From a virus (Duplodnaviria > Caudoviricetes), in IMG/VR virus record IMGVR_UViG_3300029288_000116, positions 1-64,000 of that record: a stretch of DNA of 64,000 bases; one strand, 5' to 3'. Under the pieces are notes generated by a model. That model saw only the letters and a list, made by a program, of their open reading frames with translations. It did not search any database and was not told the DNA's origin. Positions 47,718 to 56,321 of the stretch are shown here, piece by piece; position 1 is the first letter of the stretch; every line of letters begins with the position of its first letter. A program made the translations under genes and the position numbers.

Positions 47718-47928
47718 GAGATTAAAATGGCTGGATATATTGGAAAAGTAAAATTGGATAAGGAAATTGTAGAAGGGTTTTTATTAATAGAACAAGATGA
47801 GCGTTACGATGAATATTATGCAATGAAAATAGATGATGAATTATATCACGTTTATGGGGTTAATTTGCCTCGGTTTATTACAAGACTTGACAATTATAAT
47901 TTAGAACAGTATATAGAAAAAGTGCCTA

Positions 47929-48567
47929 ATGGCCTACTATAGTTCAAAAGGCTCTCAGCTTCCCTCAGTCACAACTTTAATAGGGAGATATATTAATAAA
48001 CCTTATTTAGCTAAGTGGGCTAGAGACTTAATGAGAGATTATTCTCTAGATTTTGAAAAAGAGTCCAGAATAGCCACAGAAATTGGTACAATAGCTCATG
48101 AAATGGTAGAATTAGACCTTTTAGGACTACCATTAAAAGTATATCCTAAGAAATCTAAGGACCATATTAAACATGCTTTAATTGCCTATTCCGCTTGGGA
48201 GAAGTGGAAAGAATATCATAAAATTGATAAGTTGCTAGGAACAGAAATAAAATTGACTTCAGAAGAGTATGGATTTGGGGGAACTATTGATATTCCTGCG
48301 GTAATTAATTCAAAAAATACTATATTAGATCTTAAAACATCTAAGTCTATTAGTATAGAGTATCAGATTCAAATTGCCGCGTATGGTAAATTATGGGATG
48401 AAAATAATCCAGATACTAAAATTGAGAGATACGAAATTTTAAGACTTGATAAGTATTCTGGAGAATATGAATACGTAGGATGGGATGAATTAGAAAAACC
48501 TTGGAAGATTTTTAAATATTTTCTAGAAATAGACAAATTATTAAAAGAACTTGGGTATCAATTTTAG
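47929..48567 (+). CDS. PD-(D/E)XK exonuclease (RecB/Cas4-like phage type)
   Basis: PSVTT, GT..H, E, GGTID, ILDLKTS, QIAAY. Confidence 0.88.
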   Translation: MAYYSSKGSQLPSVTTLIGRYINKPYLAKWARDLMRDYSLDFEKESRIATEIGTIAHEMVELDLLGLPLKVYPKKSKDHIKHALIAYSAWEKWKEYHKIDKLLGTEIKLTSEEYGFGGTIDIPAVINSKNTILDLKTSKSISIEYQIQIAAYGKLWDENNPDTKIERYEILRLDKYSGEYEYVGWDELEKPWKIFKYFLEIDKLLKELGYQF

Positions 48568-48616
48568 TTTCAGAAATTATCTAAACATGTTATAATAAAC
48601 TAAAACTCTTTGGAGG
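48567..48616 (+). promoter_or_regulatory. repeated early promoter/leader cassette
   Basis: GTTTCAG-17 nt-TATAAT-AAACTAAAACTCTTTGGAGG. Confidence 0.85.
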
Positions 48617-48621
48617 CTATT

Positions 48622-48927
48622 ATGAGTTATATGAGTGACAATATCCGAGAAGGTAAATATGATAATAAGCTTCCATTTGTATCTAGGAAAAAAGATCCAG
48701 AAGCGTACAAAGAATATAATCAGGAGACTTCTCGTCTTCTAGACCTTTTTATTGATGACCTTGAAAAAGAGTATGATACCTCTAAACTCAAAGGAAAAGA
48801 TAAGATTTTTGCATACGCTTGGGAACAAGGTCATGCGTACGGGTTTAGCGAAGTTGTAATTCACTATGAGGAAATTGCCGCTCTTGTTGTTGAAGTGATG
48901 TTGGCAAATCTTCCAGACAAGAAATAA
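48622..48927 (+). CDS. phage hypothetical protein
   Basis: AWEQGHAYG motif; start after the cassette RBS. Confidence 0.75.
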   Translation: MSYMSDNIREGKYDNKLPFVSRKKDPEAYKEYNQETSRLLDLFIDDLEKEYDTSKLKGKDKIFAYAWEQGHAYGFSEVVIHYEEIAALVVEVMLANLPDKK

Positions 48928-48953
48928 ACTAGAATTCTTTGGAGGAACCGATA

Positions 48954-50177
48954 ATGTCTTTAAAAAATGTTTATTTTGCTTTAGAGGAAATTGCCGCGGA
49001 ACCTTCCACAAACGCTAAACAAATTTTAATTCAAAAATATCTGAATACTCCGTACTTTAAAGAAGTGGTTTATTTTACATATAATCCATTTTTAAAATAT
49101 AAAATCTCTGAAGTTACGTATACTGCATATAACCCATCTGGGTCTCCTGCAGATATTTTCAGTGTGTTAAGGCGCTTATCTGAGCAACGTGGAGCAAATA
49201 ATCAAGATCGCAATGGACTATCTAGAATAGCGTCTATTGATCCAGAAACAGTATCTGTGGTAAATAGAATTCTCAAGAGTGATTTGCGCTGTGGAGCTGG
49301 AACAACTTTATTTAGGAAGTTTATACCAGAAATTCCTAAACACGAGACAATGCTTTGTGGTAAAGATTTTGATAAATTCATGAAGTTAGCAGGGTCTTAT
49401 GATAATGTAGTTGGATCTATAAAACAAGATGGTGTAAGAACTTGGGCCATCGTAGATAAACTTAGACAAAATGTAAAATACTTATCTCGTAACGGGAAAG
49501 AGTTTATTAATTTTGATGTCTTTGACGAAGTTTTTATCGAATTTGCAAAGAAAGTCTATGATAATCAAGACGATTATGTTATTCTTGATGGAGAAGTCGT
49601 TACTAAAGACAAAAACTTTCAAAAAGTACTAACACAATTTAGTAGACATACTGGAGTCCAAAAAGATCTTTTTGAATTCAGAATCTTTGATATTGTTAAT
49701 GATTTACCGTTTTATGCTAGATACGAACTATTAACTAAGCATTTTGAACTCGATACTAATCCAGATCATCCTCCTGTATGTTTGGTTCACCACTTTAGAA
49801 ACTTCAAATCTAAAAAAGAAATTTATGATCTTCTTGATAAAGTTGCAGGAGAAGGTGAAGAAGGTTTAGTAATTAAAACCTTTAATGGCCCCTATGAGAT
49901 GAAAAGATCTAATCATTGGTGTAAACTGAAATTAACTTACACTGAAGATTTACCAGTCTTACGTTTTGAATATGGCACTGGTAAGTATAAGAATTTACTT
50001 GGGGCTCTTATTTGCGACAGAAATGGTGTAGAAGTACGGGTAGGCTCTGGGTATGATGACCAAGAAAGAGTTGATCTACTTAATATACCTTCTATGATAG
50101 AAGTCAAATTCAAAAATGTTACAGATGATGGTTCACTAAGAGAACCTATCTTTGTTAGGGTAAGAGAGGACAAATGA
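48954..50177 (+). CDS. lig: ATP-dependent DNA ligase
   Basis: KQDGVR motif I, SRNGK, LDGE, FDI, EGLVIK, KLK, VGSG, LR.P.F.R.R.DK. Confidence 0.95.
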   Translation: MSLKNVYFALEEIAAEPSTNAKQILIQKYLNTPYFKEVVYFTYNPFLKYKISEVTYTAYNPSGSPADIFSVLRRLSEQRGANNQDRNGLSRIASIDPETVSVVNRILKSDLRCGAGTTLFRKFIPEIPKHETMLCGKDFDKFMKLAGSYDNVVGSIKQDGVRTWAIVDKLRQNVKYLSRNGKEFINFDVFDEVFIEFAKKVYDNQDDYVILDGEVVTKDKNFQKVLTQFSRHTGVQKDLFEFRIFDIVNDLPFYARYELLTKHFELDTNPDHPPVCLVHHFRNFKSKKEIYDLLDKVAGEGEEGLVIKTFNGPYEMKRSNHWCKLKLTYTEDLPVLRFEYGTGKYKNLLGALICDRNGVEVRVGSGYDDQERVDLLNIPSMIEVKFKNVTDDGSLREPIFVRVREDK

Positions 50178-50266
50178 TCTGGATACTATGTCCTATAGTC
50201 TCATTAATTTATTTCTTTTATATTTTTAGTTACAAAGAATCTGCTCCAGCAAGTTGGGAGAAATAA

Positions 50267-50491
50267 ATTAATAGCCGAGAACTTAAATCTTCTGAGGAAT
50301 GGCAAAAACAATTTGAACATTTAATTTATGTTATGGACCCTGATGGATGGGATCGGCATAACTATGATTATTCTTGGTATGACGAGAAAATTACAAAAGA
50401 TGAATTCTTTGGTAGAGTTACTTCTTCTACATGTATATTTAAGGTATCTCCTATGGAACTTTATGATATGTTAACTTCTGGTGAAATATGA
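50267..50491 (+). CDS. small phage protein, possibly with an ATT start
   Basis: Not in the ORF track; KSSEEWQK..MDPDGWDR.NY.YSW..EKIT..EF..R; GGGAG 6 nt before ATT; ATGA overlap with the next gene. Confidence 0.55.
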   Translation: MNSRELKSSEEWQKQFEHLIYVMDPDGWDRHNYDYSWYDEKITKDEFFGRVTSSTCIFKVSPMELYDMLTSGEI

Positions 50492-51078
50492 AAATTGGAT
50501 TCGATTTTGACGCAGTGCTTGTAAACTCAGCTTTGGTTCTCTGTGATATATTATCGCAGACACTTAATAGATTAGTGTTACCTGAAGAAATATGTCTCTA
50601 CGACATCCAAAAAGGTTTTCCGCAGTTATCAGACAAAGACATTATTCATGTAATAGACTCCTTAGTAAATATGGACAACACATTTAAAATTCCTCCATAT
50701 CCTGGGGCCTTAGATTTTCTTAGGTGGTATGGAAAATCAAACCTAGAAATTATAATCATCACTAATAGAGTAGACCTAACTCCGGTATCTGTATATCTAG
50801 AATCTAACTTAGATAAAAAGACTTTTGAAAAAATTAGACTCTTTTATTCTAAAGAAAAAGGTCCATTATCCAGAGCGTTGGGTCTAAAATATTTCATTGA
50901 GGATAGATTTCAAAACATTGTAAATTTAGCTAATCATGGCGTAGTTCCCATAATCTTTAAACAAAATTGGAATAAAAATCGAATCTCCCAAAAAAGTAAT
51001 TTATTTGATTTGTGTGTATTTGTTGATTCATGGGAGGACATATATAATTTTGTTGGGTGTGAGTTTTTTGGGTATTAG
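50488..51078 (+). CDS. HAD-family 5'(3')-deoxyribonucleotidase-like phosphatase
   Basis: IGFDFDAVL (DxD), PYPGA, IITNR, K, FIED, WN. Confidence 0.85.
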   Translation: MKIGFDFDAVLVNSALVLCDILSQTLNRLVLPEEICLYDIQKGFPQLSDKDIIHVIDSLVNMDNTFKIPPYPGALDFLRWYGKSNLEIIIITNRVDLTPVSVYLESNLDKKTFEKIRLFYSKEKGPLSRALGLKYFIEDRFQNIVNLANHGVVPIIFKQNWNKNRISQKSNLFDLCVFVDSWEDIYNFVGCEFFGY

Positions 51079-51080
51079 CG

Positions 51081-51128
51081 GTTTCAGAAATCTTCTAAGC
51101 ATGTTATAATAAATTAAAACCTTGGAGG
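51081..51128 (+). promoter_or_regulatory. repeated early promoter/leader cassette
   Basis: GTTTCAG-17 nt-TATAAT-AAATTAAAACCTTGGAGG. Confidence 0.85.
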
Positions 51129-51135
51129 TATAGTC

Positions 51136-51576
51136 ATGGGTTACTGTATGGATCAAAAAGATGCTCAATTTTATATCCCCAAAAGAAATTATAATAAAGT
51201 TATTGAAGCCATTAAAGCTACAGCCAATGATACTTCTAAAATGGGAGGCGGATCTTACCAGGGCGGCAGAACCATTTCCAAATGGTTTGGTTTTGTTGAT
51301 ATGAATTATGTTAACCTCGGCAATCTTAAAGAAATTTTTGAGTGTTGGCGGTGGATAATTAAGGAAGATGTGCTTGGAATATGCGGAATAGAGTTTATGG
51401 GAGAAAAGGCCGGAGATGATAAAGTTTTATTCCAAGCAATTGCCCCGTATGTTAAATCTGGAAGCAACATTCAAATGGTAGGAGAGGATGGGGCTGCTTG
51501 GAGATGGTATTTTAATGGAACTGATTGTGTTTATCAACATGGTAAAGTAACCTATATGAGGAGGTATAAATCATGA
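51136..51576 (+). CDS. phage hypothetical protein
   Basis: MGY start; GEK.GDD..LF..IAPYV..GS.I...GEDG..WRW.F. Confidence 0.8.
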   Translation: MGYCMDQKDAQFYIPKRNYNKVIEAIKATANDTSKMGGGSYQGGRTISKWFGFVDMNYVNLGNLKEIFECWRWIIKEDVLGICGIEFMGEKAGDDKVLFQAIAPYVKSGSNIQMVGEDGAAWRWYFNGTDCVYQHGKVTYMRRYKS

Positions 51577-51982
51577 AAAAGGTAAAACTTAAGGTGACTA
51601 TAACTTTTGAGTTTGATGCAAATCCTAAATACTATGGCACAGATGTTCCTGCAGAAATGGCAAAAATTGATCAAGAACAATTTTATGAAAACCCAGATAT
51701 TCTGTCGGAAATGATTATCACCGATGAGTACATGGTAAAAGTAGAACCTATAGAATAAGGGGGTTAATTGATGTCTTTAGATACTGTTAAAACTATTATG
51801 TGGTGGAGTTTTTGGATAGTGTTTTTTAATTTAATAATTTTCATAGGAACTGTGCTCGGTGCAATATATTGTCATAAAGCTCTTACGTGGTTGTGCGCGT
51901 TTGAGAGTTCTATCTTTTTATTCGCTGGAGGTATTTTTTATGTTTGCCAAAATTATATTGTGAAAAAGGCGGAGAAAAATTT

Positions 51983-52204
51983 ATGACCCCTTGGGAATAT
52001 CTTAAGTTACCTTATTCATTTTGTTTTGTATATGATAATGGAAACTATACTAGCTATGTTAGGGAGTTTCCAGGTTGCGTAGCTGAAGGAGATGGATTAG
52101 AGGAAACCTGGATTGCTCTTCATGGAGCTGCTTACGATTGTATTGAAGCTACTTTAGACTTGGGACAAGAAATACCTGAACCTTTAACTACGGTGTGGAA
52201 ATGA
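51983..52204 (+). CDS. hicB: HicB-like antitoxin (RNase H-like N-terminal domain only, orphan)
   Basis: YLKLPY, V.EFPGCVAEGD.LEE, LDLGQEIPEP; GGAG RBS before ATG 51983; no hicA seen nearby. Confidence 0.8.
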   Translation: MTPWEYLKLPYSFCFVYDNGNYTSYVREFPGCVAEGDGLEETWIALHGAAYDCIEATLDLGQEIPEPLTTVWK

Positions 52205-52295
52205 AAATGACTTGTCCAAATTGTAAAGAAAGGCGAATATCTAAAGCCGAAACTAGCAAATTCATTGTTTTCCAATGTGATGACTGTGGAGCTAA

Positions 52296-52610
52296 GTGGG
52301 CTACAGAGCGAAAGTAAAAATAATTAAGGAGAAACAAATTATGTTAATGACACCTGAAAATGAAAATTGGGATGAATTTTGCGCCATTCTAGAAGGCCCA
52401 GAAGGCTGTGATTTTAAAGAGGATGAAAATGGCAAAATTACATGGAAATGCGATAGTAGTATGAGTAGGCCGCTAGCTATTAAAATTCTTGCAGAATATT
52501 TTCCGGAAATAAACATTAAAGGTTCATTAGAATATTTCAATGAACACGGCGGTCTTTGTGATTGCGAAATTCTGTTTAATGTGGAAAACCATGGACTTTA
52601 TTTCCTCTAA
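52296..52610 (+). CDS. DUF2695-like protein
   Basis: EHGGLCDCEILFNV motif; real start is probably the internal ATG after AAGGAG. Confidence 0.7.
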   Translation: MGYRAKVKIIKEKQIMLMTPENENWDEFCAILEGPEGCDFKEDENGKITWKCDSSMSRPLAIKILAEYFPEINIKGSLEYFNEHGGLCDCEILFNVENHGLYFL

Positions 52611-53037
52611 CAGAATTAGGTAAATTAGATAACAAAGTAGTTGCTTTAGAATATTCCTTGCTTAAATGGAGGATATGTTGTGTTGCTCTTGTAATATCCT
52701 TGACTATCTATTTGGGGGTTAAATGTTGATGAGAAAAGACCCTGTATTTAATTATTATTGTTATGGCGGGACCATGGTTAAACGAATAGATCTTAAACTG
52801 GCGGAACAAACATATCAATGTCCTCACGCTTGGGATACAGAAGGTGGATTTCCGGCTTGTAAAACTTGTAACGGTAAATTAGAGGGAACAGTTCCTATAA
52901 CAATAAAATATGTGTAGAGGAGATAGAATGATGAACAGGAAAGCTGCTACAAAGTTTGACATCATTTCAGGACAAGCCAACACCCCCGCCAAAGCAATCC
53001 TAACCGCAGCGTGGGCGGCGTTGGAAGGAGGGAAGTG

Positions 53038-53481
53038 ATGGAACCCTGTAGAATTTGCGGTGCAGCGGAATATACAGCCAGTTATGGCGGGCCAGGTATA
53101 TGCCCTAAGTGTGACTGCGGTGTATTCGATGCAAATGTTATGGCATGGAACAATAACAAGTTATCAACCGAACTCGCCGCCCTCAAAGAAGTTTTAGATG
53201 ATAAAAGGCGGTTAACCAGAGAAATTGACGTTATTTTGAATGGAGAAAATGCGGCTAAACAGGCAAGCCTTTGTGACCTGATAGGCCAAATAAAAGAACT
53301 AGCCACTCTCCAGGGTCTGGTGCGGGAGATGGGAGCGGTTCTTGATAAAGTGGCAAATCATAAATGTTGTGAAATAGTAACGGTTGCTAATGGAGAAACT
53401 AAAGTTTCAAGGTATGCAAGAATAGCTACACAAATCCTCAACCGCCCCGAAGTTAAGGCGGTTCTTGAAGGAGGGAAGTAA
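53038..53481 (+). CDS. hypothetical protein, Zn finger + coiled coil
   Basis: CRICG..CPKC; RLTREIDVILNG..AA.QASLCDL. Confidence 0.7.
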   Translation: MEPCRICGAAEYTASYGGPGICPKCDCGVFDANVMAWNNNKLSTELAALKEVLDDKRRLTREIDVILNGENAAKQASLCDLIGQIKELATLQGLVREMGAVLDKVANHKCCEIVTVANGETKVSRYARIATQILNRPEVKAVLEGGK

Positions 53482-53866
53482 TGCTTCCAACCCTAAATGC
53501 TGCTCTTCTTGCTGGGTCAGTCTTATTTTTTGGGATATTTTTAGCAGGAATGAAGACATCTAAAAGTGCCCCAATCGGTAATTTATTCTTATTATTAGCC
53601 TACCTATGCTTATTTTTTGGGTTGGCATCGAAATAAAAAGGAGGGTGAGTGATGGATGATAAGTGTCCGTTTTGTGGGGCTGAGGCCCAATCATTGAGTG
53701 ATCAAATAAAGCCACGGTTTGAACGCTCCGCCCTCAAGAAACTAGTCAAGGAGATGGGGAAGTGACTGTGCTTTATTTATTAGGGGGTTTATTTTTATTA
53801 GGACTAGCCATAATGATCCTAGATTTTACAAACCATTATAATGGTGGTAGATAAGGAAAATTCGAA

Positions 53867-54130
53867 ATGAGTGAATGCCTATCCTGCGGAAGCTGTTGTA
53901 ATGAAATCTCTCCGTTTGGAAATCCTTGTCCATATGTTAAGGAAGTAGAACCTGGATTATTTTTGTGTTCAATCTATTCCAAAAAACCTAAGGTCTGTAG
54001 AGACCATACTTTTGATGGAAGATGGTGTCCTATTGGGTTGTCTATTTTAAAGCCTGAACGGCTGTCAGATTTACACAGAAGAAGTGACAGGATTTATAAA
54101 TTAGTTACTAAACAATTTAAGGAGTTTTAA
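53867..54130 (+). CDS. YkgJ/CxxCxxCC-family cysteine cluster protein
   Basis: CLSCGSCC...CP......CSIY..KP.VCR. Confidence 0.8.
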   Translation: MSECLSCGSCCNEISPFGNPCPYVKEVEPGLFLCSIYSKKPKVCRDHTFDGRWCPIGLSILKPERLSDLHRRSDRIYKLVTKQFKEF

Positions 54131-54339
54131 AATGGGCGTAGATTGGGATTATTCTAAAGAAGGCGGCGGAAAAAAATTTAAAGATAGATATGTACTTGGC
54201 GAAGGAATACCTAATTTTACATCAAACGGCAAAGGTATATCACTATATAACTATGAAAAATATGGAAGTTTAATAAACCTATCAGTGCCAAAAGGATTAG
54301 CTCTACCGCGTATTAACGGACTAATCTATAGATTAGTTC

Positions 54340-54942
54340 TTGAAAGAGTACGTTAAGATGGAACACAAATTATACATAGAAATCAAACCTTCAAAGCATA
54401 TAAAATATGATCCTGACCAGTTATTTGAAACGATATTGTATTTCTGTTGGCAGAAATTAAAACACTTTGATCATGAAGACCTCCCAGAAATCTATATTGA
54501 AATTGGAACTAAGGACGCAGAGAAACTTAAACACAATGGATACTTTGATGTAGTTGGTGATGACTTAACTTATATCTGTTTATCTACTAAGAAATTGAAG
54601 ACTGATAAATACCGGTATAAGGACGGTTTAAAGAGTTTACTCCAAATGTTTCTTCATGAATTTTACCATATGCGTACATGCATAGAAACTTATTTGGAAA
54701 GTGATAGATCCATATCATTATATGATTGGCAACATGAAAGGTATGTTAATTGCCAACAGGAATGCGATGATATGCTTAAGTTGGGAATAGATGAAGATTT
54801 AGTATATTGGTATTCTAAAGAGGAGATGGAGGCAGAAGCCTTCTCATTTGAAAATTTAGCATATATAGAAAATTTATACGGATACGGTGGATTGGTCATA
54901 CCGCCGGATGCATTTGAAATGATACCAAAAATAATTAAATAG
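54340..54942 (+). CDS. putative zincin-like metallopeptidase (HExxH)
   Basis: FLHEFYH ... EMEAEAF. Confidence 0.55.
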   Translation: MKEYVKMEHKLYIEIKPSKHIKYDPDQLFETILYFCWQKLKHFDHEDLPEIYIEIGTKDAEKLKHNGYFDVVGDDLTYICLSTKKLKTDKYRYKDGLKSLLQMFLHEFYHMRTCIETYLESDRSISLYDWQHERYVNCQQECDDMLKLGIDEDLVYWYSKEEMEAEAFSFENLAYIENLYGYGGLVIPPDAFEMIPKIIK

Positions 54943-54956
54943 TAAAGGGGAGAAAA

Positions 54957-55544
54957 ATGACAGCCTTTACCATAGATAAAATAGGAAAAGAACAAGATAA
55001 GATATTAATGAATATTGAAAAAGGGTCAGAACCTTATTTAACAGAAAAGAAACTCGGTAATATACTTCAAGTTCTATTTCCACATAGCACCATAATATAC
55101 GATCGGCTATTAAGTAAAGAGATAAAACTAAGACCTGATTATTTGATAAAAGAAGAAAGATTAATTGTAGAATTTCAGGGGAGTCAGCATTATACTAAAG
55201 GATTTCAAGTATTTAAAGACTCTGAAAGAATTACTATTTTTGAGTCTTTAGGTTTTAAGGTTATTGAAATTCCATATTTTATTCAGCCAACAAAAGATAT
55301 TTTAAGTCTCTTATTTGGTGATTATACTGGTGTTGAACCAGAGGATATGTCTAATGAGTATGAATGTGGCTTTATCCACCCACTATCTTTGTCTTTTGGA
55401 GATTTTTGTAGTTCAGGCTTAAATAAAGCAGAAAATTTTATAAAATCACTTCCAGTAAAAGAACATAATGACATCTTAAGAAGCATGGAAAAAAGAGCGG
55501 AAATAAACAAAATACCTATTGAATTCTATAATCCCCTATCTTAG
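54957..55544 (+). CDS. PD-(D/E)XK endonuclease (DUF559/Vsr-like)
   Basis: TE..L, RPDY...LIVEFQG.QHY, D..R, GFKVIEIPY. Confidence 0.8.
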   Translation: MTAFTIDKIGKEQDKILMNIEKGSEPYLTEKKLGNILQVLFPHSTIIYDRLLSKEIKLRPDYLIKEERLIVEFQGSQHYTKGFQVFKDSERITIFESLGFKVIEIPYFIQPTKDILSLLFGDYTGVEPEDMSNEYECGFIHPLSLSFGDFCSSGLNKAENFIKSLPVKEHNDILRSMEKRAEINKIPIEFYNPLS

Positions 55545-55557
55545 CAATCTATATTCT

Positions 55558-56178
55558 TTAATCGCCTCTAAGACACCCTCTTTCAATCCTAGTTTTACTT
55601 ATTTTTGCTCTAGTTTCTGTGGTTACTTCATGCCCCATTTTAGATTCAGACATTTTTTTGATGCTTTCTGGACTATGGACCCTAGTTCTACATTTAGAAC
55701 AGGGTTCTTTCCTTGTATTAAATTTATGTATATTAGTTTCATATGAATGACCATTAGGACATTTAACATTAAAAGATATTCCGTCATATTCATTATCCAA
55801 GAGAATAGATCCGGTTTGCTCTACGAGTAGTTTTAATTTTTCATAGGTTACAGTATTATGGACAACACGTTCTTCTACAGGTATTTTATCCCAAGCAGCT
55901 TTCCTAGCTTTTGATAAGGACTTACCAGTTTTTTCTCTATATTCAGGATTTTGCCAATTTTTCTTGCTATTAGCTGAATGTTTAGCTTTGGTCTCAGGTA
56001 AATTGGCTGAGCGTTTATTTCTGCAAGTTCTACAAAGTTTCAAATCACCTTGTTTAATATAATTTTTATATACTTGTAAAACCTCAATTTCACAATGTTC
56101 ACAAGTAAACCAGACCTTCTTACCACTACCTCTGGTCAATTTTTCTAATGGTGTACCGTCTTCAGTTCTAAGTAACAT
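55558..56178 (-). CDS. Zn-ribbon / NUMOD3-repeat DNA-binding protein (homing-endonuclease-like, no nuclease domain seen)
   Basis: GSGKKVWFTC..C, C..C, CPNGH..C..C, HSPES.KKMSES.MG, ETRAKIS. Confidence 0.7.
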   Translation of the reverse strand: MLLRTEDGTPLEKLTRGSGKKVWFTCEHCEIEVLQVYKNYIKQGDLKLCRTCRNKRSANLPETKAKHSANSKKNWQNPEYREKTGKSLSKARKAAWDKIPVEERVVHNTVTYEKLKLLVEQTGSILLDNEYDGISFNVKCPNGHSYETNIHKFNTRKEPCSKCRTRVHSPESIKKMSESKMGHEVTTETRAKISKTRIERGCLRGD

Positions 56179-56199
56179 GTTATGTACCTCCTTATAGTC

Positions 56200-56230
56200 T
56201 ATTTATAACATATCTATGGAAAATGTAAAC
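56200..56230 (-). promoter_or_regulatory. hybrid promoter: GTTTAC -35 plus TATAAATA late box
   Basis: GTTTACA-16 nt-TATAAATA then AAGGAGG RBS. Confidence 0.65.
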
Positions 56231-56244
56231 TAAGGAATATGAAC

Positions 56245-56291
56245 AAAGAAAAAGCCTCCAGGTGAACTTTTCTTAACTCACTTAGAGGCTT
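56245..56291 (-). terminator. terminator after the major capsid gene
   Basis: AAGCCTC/GAGGCTT stem with an inner GTGA/TCAC pair, followed by a T-rich run on the minus strand. Confidence 0.65.
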
Positions 56292-56321
56292 AGGGTGCTT
56301 GTAACTAGTTAATATTAAACG

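Noticed and set aside
47929-48567. Cas4 as evidence of a CRISPR system
   Set aside because: Lacks the Fe-S cysteines; it is a stand-alone PD-(D/E)XK exonuclease typical of phages
13253-51128. Repeated cassette as a CRISPR array or integron attC sites
   Set aside because: Copies are dispersed, non-palindromic, have a variable middle and match -35/-10/RBS geometry; no cas or integrase gene is seen
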